Origin: Haliotis rufescens
Taxonomy: Eukaryota
Assembly: GCF_023055435.1 (NCBI RefSeq)
Contig: NW_025963779.1
Coordinates: forward strand, 10,540,001-10,604,000
Reading direction: 5' to 3'
DNA: 64,000 nt
The notes beneath the pieces were generated by a model. That model was given only the letters and a program-made list of their open reading frames with translations, searched no databases and was not told the DNA's origin. The position numbers were made by a program, and so were the translations under genes. How positions within the stretch are numbered: the first letter of the stretch is position 1; every line of letters starts with the position of its first letter. This document shows, piece after piece, positions 25,601-37,000 of this stretch.

Positions 25601-27730
25601 GTCCCAGGTCACCGACAAATGTACAGGATTGATTGATCTGAAACAAGGCTCTACGAAATCGAGCTCAAATGAAGAATCAAATTGCTGCAAACTTTCATCA
25701 GGCTGCAGGAGTATGAGTTACAAGTAGGCTGATTAGAAATTGTCTACATGCAGCTCATCTCCATGCTCCACGGCCATGTGATGTGCTACCCCATACAAAT
25801 CGTAATACTGCTAACAGACGTCAATGGTGTACACCACATCGAAACACGTTTTCAGATGATTCAAGATTGATTTTGCACTTCCTTGATAGGCATGGACGTG
25901 TCTGGTGACAGAAATGAATGTCAAGCCAATGTCAACCTGAGACCATGTGACAGATTTGGCAGTTATGGTGTAGGGTAACATCACTATGACTGACCGGACC
26001 CCACTCCATATTGTGCAAGGAAGGGTCACTGGACAGTACTATCGAGACAACATACTCGCACCCTTTGTTGTCCTGTTTGCAAGGCGTGTGGATTGACATT
26101 TGTCTTCAGGATGACAACACCCGTGCTCACCGTTCACTCATCGTCATTGCTCACCTCCAGCAGCACAGCATCCATAGAATGAGCCCAGACCTCTTCCCCA
26201 TTGAACACATCGGGGACATGATAGGGAGACGTGTGCATCAACGTCATAAGCCGCCGACCATGTTGGTTACACTCGGCCAGGCACGGGAGGAATGGGACAG
26301 ACTCTAATCACACTAGTTTTAAGTATTATGACAAGAATTAGGAAATTTATATTTTTGTATTTGGGAATCATGTTTACTGATAATTGCTGCAGATTTAGGG
26401 CTGATTATTGGAATCAGAGCAGGTCTAGAAAATCCCGGAGTATTAACAGGATGATGCATGTATATCGCGGGTGACCAAGTACGTATACTGGTGAACTCTT
26501 ATCAACAAGATTGCAGACATACATTGATTTGCCAATGGTGATTCATGTGTATGTATATAAAGGGAACAGGGTTTACAAAGGAGTTCAGATATTTTGCATG
26601 AAAAAACTGTGAAATAATATTTTTGTCATGGTATGTGCAAGAGTCTATTTAACATTTCAGTTTGATCGCTTGTCATTCCAAATGATTGATGATGGAGTCC
26701 TTACTTTTTCTGTGTTTTGTGTTACATTGTGAATTAGTCATTTACGTAAGCGATTGAATTCTGAATTCATGTACATGTCTTCATCTTTTCAGTCAGAAAA
26801 AGCTTGGACTTGCTTACAACAATCGTGGATTTATCCTGTACCAGAAAGTGGAGTTTGATGAGGCAATTAATGACTATACGAGAGGTCTAGGCTGCGACCA
26901 ACATATGTCCTTCACCTTCTACAACCGTGGACTTATACACTACCGGCTTGGTAGGTTAGACTGCCTTGGACAATGTTCATTACCCCTTGACATGATCTAG
27001 TCAATAAATAAAATAATGATTATTAAAGTGCATTTGCAGCGGTAGAAATTGGCACCAGTCCTGTAGTCCTTGCCAAACTGCCCAATAGTTAAGGTATCAT
27101 AAGGACTAGTAGAAATTTGCCGTTTTTAAGGGTTTTCCTATATGTTGTCATTATACGGACTAGTGGACTAAAAGTGTTAGTTACTACCGCTGATATGTTA
27201 GGCACTGTTTTCATCCACTATGTAGTTGCTCAAAGTGCACTTAATTATTATAGTTGAAGGTGACATAAACACACATGCATCAATGAAATGGAATAATAAC
27301 ATCTGGATTGCTTTTATGTACAATTTTCAGTAAATCTTGTAATTCTTACGAATCCTCTACCTCTATTACATCTTTGCCATAAATCCTGTATTTTGGCTTC
27401 AGTCACACTAACTAAATTTTCAGATTTTCAACAGACATCCTCTTCCCTGAAATCATTTTCATACCTAATACTTTTGAGAGATAATTTAAGAATGTATTTC
27501 TAATTATTTTTCCACAAACAACCCCATTTTGTAACAGAAACTAAGTAATGAATAAAGAGGAGTAATTGCCATTTCATCCAGATTTCCATTTTGTTGTAGG
27601 GAGGTTTGATGAAGCCATCAGCGACATGAAGCAAGCCCTGTCCATTGAGCCTGAGTTTGAGTCTGCACAGATCTGTCTCAAACAGTCTATGGAAGATCTC
27701 AACAAGAGGAAGACAAACATTCATACCTGA
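22678..27730 (+). CDS. TTC32: Tetratricopeptide repeat protein 32-like (144 aa)
   Basis: join(22678..22823,26793..26950,27600..27730) = 435 nt in frame. TPR motifs LAYNNRGFILYQKVEFDEAINDYT and FYNRGLIHYRLGRFDEAISDMKQALSIEPEF; small size fits TTC32. Confidence 0.88.
24735..25086 (+). mobile_element. tRNA-derived SINE family D, possibly Meta-domain type (degenerate copies ~53860-54215 +, ~39470-39615 -)
   Basis: tRNA-like head, GTCATACCAAAAGACGTTAAAAGATGGTAC central block, (TCACC)n tail, 11-bp TSD CACTTAGCAGG. Confidence 0.85.
25500..26310 (+). mobile_element. Decayed Tc1-family transposase in TTC32 intron 1 (start approximate)
   Basis: LQDDNTRAHRS...SPDLFPIEHIGD matches the Tc1 QQDNA..H...SPDLNPIE DDE motif. 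Confidence 0.8.
27037..27192. mobile_element. ~150-bp CAG...CTG MITE family (other copies ~9509-9660, 43966-44120, 46037-46167)
   Basis: Short TIRs CAGYG.TAGAAA, shared core AAACTGCCCAATAGTTAAGGTATCATAAGGACTAGTAGAAATTTGCC, and apparent 5-bp TSDs. Confidence 0.8.
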
Positions 27731-29735
27731 TACTATAAACTCAACTTGCAGCTAAAGGGAGATAACTGGTCAGACTAAAGGGAGATAACTGTCTTGATTG
27801 TTGAATGTGCCAAGATGTCATTTTCAATTGATCAGCAGTGTGTTAAGTTTACAGAAGTTGTGAAAACAAACAACAGGACTATTTCTGTGACTCAGAGATG
27901 ATTTTCATTCATGCAGAAGAGGGTGAAAACAAGGTAGTCCTAAAAAATTACAAAAAAACTGGACAATTCAAAGAATAGGCCAAAATGGATCTATCTGTGT
28001 TGGCTATTTGCTAAAGATGACAGCCAACAGATTTAGTGTAGGTCTAGAAACATTTTGAACATTTTCCAGGAAAGACCAACAAAAGAAAGCACAGGTACCT
28101 GTCCTCTTGTGTTGTTCTATATCTGTGGCTCATACTGAACATTAAAAATATGTTGATGTTGAATTGTACTGTGGTAGGCTGTGGTCTTGTGAAGACTGTT
28201 TCTTACCAACTAGTTCAGCTCAGTTGTCTAGGAAACACATGCTTAATGGATTTGTGGTAAATTTGGTAGATGGTGTATTTATTAAAGGTAGTCTGTATGA
28301 TATTCCACACCAAGACACATAAAAGAGGAGGGGGAATGGACGGCCACGTTATCTAAGATACCAAAATTAAGCAATGCCTGGATCACTTATTGTGGGTTCG
28401 GATCCTGCCTGGCTAGTCATTATACTGTCATTATACCAGTGATCTTGGGCTTTACCGAAATGATACGCGTCATGTGTCACCTGGATGACGTGGGTGGCCC
28501 AGTCATCTAAGGCACCGCAATTCGTTCTGCAGAGTTGCATCCCTTGGGCACGCCAGAAGTCTAGGATCATGGGTTTGAATCCTGGTTTGTCCCAATTATG
28601 TTTTTAGGTGATATAAGTGGAGTACTCTTCAATGCGGCGTTAAACCCAACTCACTCACTGAGGTGTCACCTTGGGTTATTCTCCCACATAATGCTGACAT
28701 GAACTGGAAGTCTACAGGGTGGCATTGAACCAAACTCTAATTGCTGGACATTATTGTTCCAAAAGTGGTTGGTTGTCGATGATCAGTGATTCTTATCAGT
28801 TTATAATCATTAGAAGTTTGAAAACATAGACAACTAATCTATATGTAATTAATAGACTTTGGTGAAAATCAAGAAATTTTAAACATGATTGGGTGAGTGA
28901 ATTTGGCTTAATCTGCAGATCTGCCAAACCAGTGGTTGATCACAGGCTCACATCACAGACTGCCTGGGAACAATTACATAGTTAACCAGATCACATAGAT
29001 GTAGGGACCCATTCTATTTCATCATGGTGGCTGACTAATTGGGTGTGGACTATACACCTGGATGGTCAACAGTGCCAGCTGTGATCCATGTTGTCAGAAA
29101 CACAACTGACCAAGGTCCCATTCCACAGTATTAGTTGTGTGTGTGGCATGGTTCTCGTAAGTAAATGTTCAGATATGAGATGGACAAGTTGTAGTTTTAA
29201 GATCGAACCCATGCTGATTCCAGGTTTGACTTGTTCCCTTGCTTGGTGAGGCCACTTGATGGGTTTGTTTGTTTGTTTGTTGTTTAACGCCGCACTCCGC
29301 ACTATCCAGCTACGTGACGGTGATCTGTAAATAATCAAAATCATGAGCATCCATCCACGCAATTGGCATACGATGACATGCATCAACCAAGTCAGCGAGC
29401 GTGATCACCAGATCCCAATAGTGACCTCTTTCGACAAGCATGGGTTGCTTGAAGACCTATTCTGCCCCAACTCTTCATGCATCTGAGTGGTCAGACTTAG
29501 TCTTAGTCACGATTTAGTGTCATCATGCCTCAACAGCTTGGATCATTCACAAGATAAATAGCTGGTTTGTCATGTCCACATTTGATTATTTACAGACTGC
29601 TGGAATATTGCAGAGTGTGTAGTTATATGACAAAGCCATGATTGCAGGAGACAACTGGGCCCTTTATTGTTACCACCTTCAATGTAGTTACCTCAGGCAC
29701 TGGGGACCCACGTCTCTGGTATGTCCATTAGCGGT

Positions 29736-30252
29736 CAATCTCATTAAAATCAGATCTCAGTTCTCGCTATTGGTAAATATAGATCTAAAGACATCCCATT
29801 TCAGGTAGGACGACCTTTCGCGAACTTTGACCGACCAATGAAATAACTAACAAGTAGTTGACATCAGCCAATCAGAAAGCAGCTTTCCCCAGGTTAATGA
29901 CACTTGTTTCAAATAGTGACTTCCAATCCAGACTACGCTTTGAACATATATATCGATTCAAAATTTGAAAACTGAACAAAAGAAAATTGTGGAATGACCG
30001 ATATTGTATGGCAGTACCCGGCACAAGGTTAGAGTCACGACGTCCAGCCTGTAACTGTCGTTTGGAATACCATGTGTTGACCTTTTCAAGGTTCCATGAT
30101 TAGAAACCACATTCCGACTGTCACTTTCCCCATCTGGTAAGCGACGCTCTGATGGGTTGGATGAAAGGTCATTCTGACGTGACCAGTAATGGGATGTCCT
30201 CAGATCTTTGTTTAGTGGTAGCAAGAACTAAGATCTTATTTTAATGAGATTG
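29736..30252. mobile_element. ~510-bp MITE with ~60-bp TIRs (CAATCTCATTAAAAT...), copy 1
   Basis: Terminal inverted repeats; homologous along its length to 49932..50438. Confidence 0.85.
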
Positions 30253-31644
30253 ATTAGTGTAGACCGGTGAAGTTTGTGAATGTACTATTCCATATCAGTA
30301 TGTGGTTATTACTAAACCTATGTAAGAATCCAGTGACTTGCATCTTGTAGGACGTTGTACCAATATGTGACTGTTAGATATTCGACATTTGTACTACATC
30401 AGCTTTGCACAGTGCATTTTAATTTGTATGCTTGTGAAAATGTCTAATTTATTCATCAGTAATTAATCTTGATATGATTTCTGTAAAAATAAAGTGATAG
30501 ATGAAAGTAGACTTCTTATGTTAATTGAAAGTTGATCTCTTCAGTGTTCCAAATTTAGATAGGGAATACCTGTATGACTCTATTTGTGGAGGGGGGGAGG
30601 GTGCGGGGGGATGATATTAATCGTGTTAGGAAAACATATCATGCTGCTACAGTGCTATTAGATTATTAGATTATTGGAAAACCGTTTTTAGTATTTCACA
30701 AATGTGTAAAGTTGTAAAGAAGCTATTTATTAGGAACGAATATCTTTGTTGTAATATACTCTTCTGTGAAGAGTCCAAATTGAAATCTTTTTGCTCATTT
30801 ACCAGATTCATGGTCCTAGGTAATTCAGTTTGACAAAATATAATATTACCTGATATTATTTTAGTAGATATTTATTTTTTTAACTTGGCGGAGTTGAGAA
30901 ATGTTGAATTTTTCAGAACTAAACTGCTAAGTGAGTGCTATTTTTTAATATTTTACATGTTGATGACAAAAGCAAGATCTAGTAATACATTTGTCCTGTG
31001 AGCAAGGACAACAATATGTGATATTATGCAGAATATTATGTAGTGAGTGAGGAATATGCAAATGGAATCAAAAAATGAATTTTGTTAATATCTTTAAGTG
31101 GCATAAAATACCTTTCAAAGCTTTCCTAATCTACTTCTCCAGACAATACATACAATTCATAATAAAGAATATAGCTACTACTGCTACTGCTATAAGATCT
31201 GATTTGAATGAGATTGATTCTAACCCCTTTTTCCTGCAGTAAGTAGAATAGGTTGGACATTTCTTGTCAGCTTTCGACACTCATTTCATGCTGTAATATT
31301 CATGTTTTTAGCAATCTTCTGATGAAAAAACAGCGCTTTCAAACCAGAAACAAACTTCTGCGTTAGGGCATGTAGGGTTATCATTGTATTACTTAATGAA
31401 GTATATTCCAACAGTGATATCATATACCACGAACTGGAGATTTAATTCCTTTAGTGTTTCCTGGTGGGACTCTGTGTGTTATGTTTTTTACATTGTAATA
31501 TTTGCTCAAAAGCTGTTGTATGAATGAATAGCGGTACATGTTTTATGAAGTCAGTATTGAATAAACATTGCCAAACTTTGTGTTGAAGTATTTGTGGATT
31601 GTACACGCACAGGTCGTAGACATTCATAATGGTCTGTCAGTTAG

Positions 31645-32100
31645 CAAGTGAGTATGGTTTTACGCCACTTTTAGCAATATTTCAGCAATGTAACGGTTGG
31701 GGACACCAGAAATGGGCTTCACACATTGTACCCATGTCGGGAATCGAACCTGGGTCTTCGGTGTGACAAGCGAACACTTAAACCACTAGGCTACCCGACC
31801 GCCCCTTGGCCTGTCAGTAATCTGTTTTGTAACGGTGGGGGACACCAGAAATGGGCTTCACACATTGTACCCATGTCGGGAATCGAACCTGGGTCTTCAG
31901 TGTGACAAGCGAACACTTAAACCACTAGGCTACCCGACCGCCCCTTGGCCTGTCAGTAATCTGTTTTGTAACGGTGGGGGACACCAGAAATGGGCTTCAC
32001 ACATTGTACCCATGTCGGGAATCGAACCTGGGTCTTCGGTGTGACAAGCGAACACTTAAACCACTAGGCTACCCGACTGTCCCTTGGCCTGTCAGTAATC
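31645..32100 (-). repeat. tRNA-head SINE (family A) tandemly triplicated, 139-bp unit
   Basis: TGTAACGG starts at 31689, 31828 and 31967; each unit is SINE head/body plus flank. Confidence 0.92.
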
Positions 32101-33195
32101 CGAATTACACACATCTTGAATTGGCACACCACTGGTTGATTACATGAACATCAATACACACCATAAGAACAAAGACGCATAATATTTCTTAAAACAAACT
32201 CCTAAGCTGGATAAACCCAATTCTCGATTTCATCAACTTTAATGACCAGCAAGGGTAGTTGAGACCTGCCCCAGATTCTACATGAAGGACTTTGGGTAAG
32301 AATGTTTCAACAGCTGAAAGGTAGACCCATCAAGCAGCCATTTCATAAACAACAGATGTAGGCTTTGTGAAATAAAAACATTTTGTCGTGAGATGTCTTG
32401 TCAAAATGTTTACTCTAGTGATCTGGTCATTAGAGGCAACAACACAGTGTGTCATTGGACCCCTATGACATGGAGTTTTGCTTACAATATCAATCACTTG
32501 GTTGTCTGGTCCAGGCTCAATTATTTACAGGCTGCAGTCATATAGTTAGAAACTTGCTGAGTGCAGCATTAAACAACAAAAACACACATACATACACACT
32601 GTAACATATGCTAATTTAGGTCTTACAGCCGTATAATATGACTCAATGAATATCTTTAAAGTGGATTCTGAATGTCTGCTGCTTTTCATTCCTGGTAGAC
32701 GAACATCGAAGGTGCCACAAATCACTGTGCAGAGTTGCATCCCCTGGGCATGCCAGTAATCTACTATCGTGGGTCCAAATCCCCATTTGCCCCGATTATG
32801 TTTCTAGGTTTGTCAGCACTATACCCGTGCTTGTGGGTTTTACCAAGTCGTAAATGTCTAAGACCTGCATCACTTCAGGCTTTCCTCCCACATCAAGCAA
32901 ACATACTGTGACATAACTGGCATACTGTCCATGTTCGCTCCCTCCTTTCCTCACACACACTTCAACCTGAATGTGTTTTATAATCTCTGCATGCAGCAGT
33001 GATGTAAAGCATGAACAGTCTGACAGCTCCTTACCTTGACTCAAGCATAAACATTCAACACCAAAAGATCTCTTGTAAATATTTATTTTATCATACAATG
33101 CAATGAGTTTATTTACAAATGATGAATGCACCTTTCAATTCAACCTGACAGGAATAGTTTCTGATCACCATTCTTGAGACAATGTGAAAAATGTG

Positions 33196-33710
33196 CCTGG
33201 CTGCTGTTGTACAGAGCGATCGTAGTGCTCAGGCGATCGTAAGTCCCATACTTTAACATAGACTTACAACAGTTGTAGCGCTAAGGTTGTTTTGTACAAC
33301 GGCACCCTGGTCTGCAGTATGTGAATGGGCAACCCCCACTGATCTGCCTGGGAAGTAACAGTACTGCATTAAACAATAGCATAAACAAGCCTTTCTACTT
33401 AAAACACCTCAAACATCAAGGAAAACTTACCTGGGCCTTGTCCCACAGAACAATCTTAGCGCCAAGATTGGTGTAACTCCCTTGCTTTAGCATAGATTTT
33501 AATTAGTCGTAGTGCTAAGGCCTAGGACCCTGTTCCACATATCAATCCTAGCACTAACGCTGGTGTAACTCCCTTCCTTTAGCATAGATTTAAATTAGTC
33601 ATAGCGCTAAGGATAAGGGCCCTGTTTCACAAAACAATCTTAACGCTTAGACAATTGTCACTAACATACGACAGTCACAGCGCAATGATCACTTTGTTGA
33701 ACGGGATCTG
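33196..33710. mobile_element. Cluster of ~110-bp palindromic MITEs (others 18553-18650, 51301-51413)
   Basis: Hairpin-type unit GGGCCC..TTC.CAAAG.GATCTTAGCGCTA...TAG.GCTAAGAT.GCTTTG.GGAA.GGGGCCC; about 4 degenerate copies here. Confidence 0.7.
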
Positions 33711-34037
33711 GCTAATGGGCTATGCCCTGTCCTCTAAAGGATCACCTTTCATTATCACTTTGCTTGTAATGGACAATAACTACAGTAGATTTGAGGTCAA
33801 CTGATTATCAAAAAATGAAACTCGTGTTTTAAAAGTACTAACAACTGCCTGTAGACATGGCATACTGTACTTCTTCAGTGTCGCATTGTCTCTCTGTGGG
33901 ACAGCCTAGTGGAACGGCACAAAGTACACAATGCACTTGCATCCAGTACATATTCAGAATAGACTGGTCAGGTTTATCAGTTGTGTCTGTCATATTTCAC
34001 ATTTGTTTTTGAGTCCATACATCTGCTGGGGAATGGG

Positions 34038-37000
34038 TCACTCTATTTCTCCGAGGTACATCTTCTTATCACTTGAACAGGAGAGCACTGGAAAGAAACA
34101 AAGAGTCCTCAAATTTCCACAACAATCAAACATTCATACTTGTAGCATAGATGTTTGTTTGGCTGTTGTTCAACGCCACACTCAGCGATATTCCAGCTAT
34201 ATGACGACGGTCTGTAAATAATTGAGTCTGGACCAGACAATCCAGTGATTGACATCATGAGCATTGATCTATGCAATTGGGATATGATGACATGCATCAA
34301 CCAAGTCAGCAAACCTGACCCGATTCAGCATGGGTTGCTGAAGACCTTTTCTACCCTGGATCTTCACAGGTCACTTGTAGCATAGACCCTGGTTTGTGTA
34401 TGTTATGTGTAAAGTGCAGCATAAAAACATATAAAAACACTTTTATTTTTTCAGGTTAACATGGCATGGAAACTAGATTGTATACATGTCACATAAAAGA
34501 GGCAATAAAGTCTTAATTTACAGTCACGTGCAGGAACCACTAGATTTCAGAGAAGCTGATGTCCTACTGACAAATGAAACTTCAAAGGATACAAGTTTGT
34601 GAAGCAACATTACCTATTGGTTCGTGAGGGTGGAAGTCAACTTCATTGACTGAGCCAGCATGACCGGGAAGCTTGTATAAGATCCGTCGTGATGTTGTGT
34701 CCCACACATAGACGAAGCGGTCACCAGAACCTGCCGTCACCTTGCTGCCATCAGCTGACCATGAACAGTGCAACAGATTCTGAAATGAAAACCAAAACTT
34801 GAAAACAAGAAAATGGAAAAACTTGCATAAAATGCACTGGTAACCCATTGGTGCCAACATTTTTGTGTTAATATTTTATAATTTTCAGCTTGGAAAGGTT
34901 AAAATTAAAATAAAAGAAAGCAACAGTGTGTACGATTCTGAAATTTAAATTGATAAGTGTGATTACCGGCATCATGCATATCCATTGCTTCCAATCTCTG
35001 GTGCCTTGGCCAAATTTTACATCATATCTTATATGGCTTATTTTTGAAACATTTTCAGATTGGGCAGATCAAATTAATCACAAAAGAATTTATGGTACCT
35101 GAATAGTCTGTATCCTATTTAGGGATCCATTGATGTGAAAAATGGGATCATGAATATTTTTGAAGATATTTTTATGAAATCATGTGCTCAGCCTTCACTA
35201 CAAAACAATATCATCTAAAATATGTATGATCCCCAACTGATTATATTCAGTCTAAGAATTCCTTATTTCATCAGATACTAAAGAATTCAGTCAGTGTATA
35301 GTTCACATGACTATCAGCAAAATCAGGGCAGTCTGTAAATACTAAAGATGTGGTAAGGTTGCTTATAGATTTATATGGACCTTATCCCAAGAGAACCTAA
35401 GGTTTGGCTGATGTCATGTTGCCTGTACTATTGAAGTCACTGTCACTGCAGTAAAACCCTGCTGACCATACCTTCTCAAATGTATGTTGATGACCTTGAA
35501 ATATCTTTACGCATCGTTCCTGGGGTGCAAAGGGTCGGATATCCCACACTCTCACTGTAAGAACAGAACATAATTGATCACAGTTTGACGAAATAGAGGA
35601 AAACACATATGTTTTTCATCCTAGCTGAAAACTCTTAATGAAACTTGATCATATCTTCTGAGACCAATTAAAAAGCCTTATGAAATGAGTGAATAGGGTG
35701 TCACACTGAAGACTGCAATTTTTCAGGCGTATCACAGCAACACGTAAAGTCATCAGGCTTTCCCCAGACAAACCAGTGGTCGATAGTGTGGCCATCCAGA
35801 TATAAAGCAACAGTTATATTTTCTTGGGAACAAGCGAGAGTGTGATATTGGAATTTTACGCTGATGTGAGCATTATTCCAGTAATTATTGAGGTCTTGGC
35901 CAGGTAAACCAATATTTCTTAAACAAGCATGGGTTACTGGCAATAAACAAGCATGGGATACTGGGGATAAACAAGCATGGAGTACTAGGGATAAACAAGC
36001 ATGGGATACTAGGGATAAACAAGCATGGAATACTAGGGATAAACAAGCATGGGATACTGGGGATAAACAAGCATGGGTTACTGGCAATAAACAAGCATGG
36101 GATACTGGCAATAAACAAGCATGGGATACTGGCAATAAACAAGCATGGGTTACTGGCAATAAACAAGCATGGGATACTGGCAATAAACAAGCATGGGATA
36201 CTGGCAATAAACAAGCATGGGATACTGGCAATAAACAAGTATGGGATAGTGGCAATAAACAAGCAGGGATACTGGCAATAAACAAGCATGGGATAATTGG
36301 GATAAACAAGCATGGGATACTGGGGATAAACAAGCATGGGTTACTGGCAATAAACAAGTATGGGATACTGGGGATAAACAAGCATGGGATACTGGGGATA
36401 AACAATCATTGGATACTGGCAATAAACAAGCATGGGTTACTGGGGATAAACAAGCATGGGATACTGGGGATAAACAAGCATAGGATACTTGAGATAAACA
36501 AGCATGGGATACTTAGGCTATAATCCCCACTCAAAGGGGCTAATAAAACTGCACATATACTTCTGATATGTTGATGTTCCTGTGGCCTTACATGTATTAT
36601 CCATAGCGTTCGAGAGGAGATAGGACCCATCTGGGCTGACCTCAATCCCAGTCACTGTGTCGGAGTGGCCTCGCATTCGATATAGCACATTGTTCTTCCT
36701 TAAATCCCATACCTGAAAAAACAAGCATAACATGAGCATCTACGCAACTGGGATGCGATGACATGCACCATCCAAGTCACCAAGCCTAACCACCCGATCT
36801 TGTTAGCCACTTGCTGAAAACCAACTCTATCCTGTGTATCAACAAGTGCAAAAGTGAGCGTGGCTCACTAATACCCCCGACCCGCCTAGTGTGTCAGTAG
36901 TTGCAAATTAAATAGCTAGGATAGCCTTAGGGTTTGAAAAATTCATAAAAAAATGGAAAATTAATAAAAACATTTTTTTCTTTTGACTGCAACCCTCCAT

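Noticed and set aside
22678-27730. Calling the TPR gene SPAG1 because SPAG1 follows POLR2K in human
   Set aside because: A 144-aa protein with a stop after about three TPRs fits TTC32, not the much larger SPAG1.
35701-36645. Long ORFs with 8-aa periodicity on both strands
   Set aside because: Translation artefacts of the 24-bp minisatellite inside an SNRNP40 intron.
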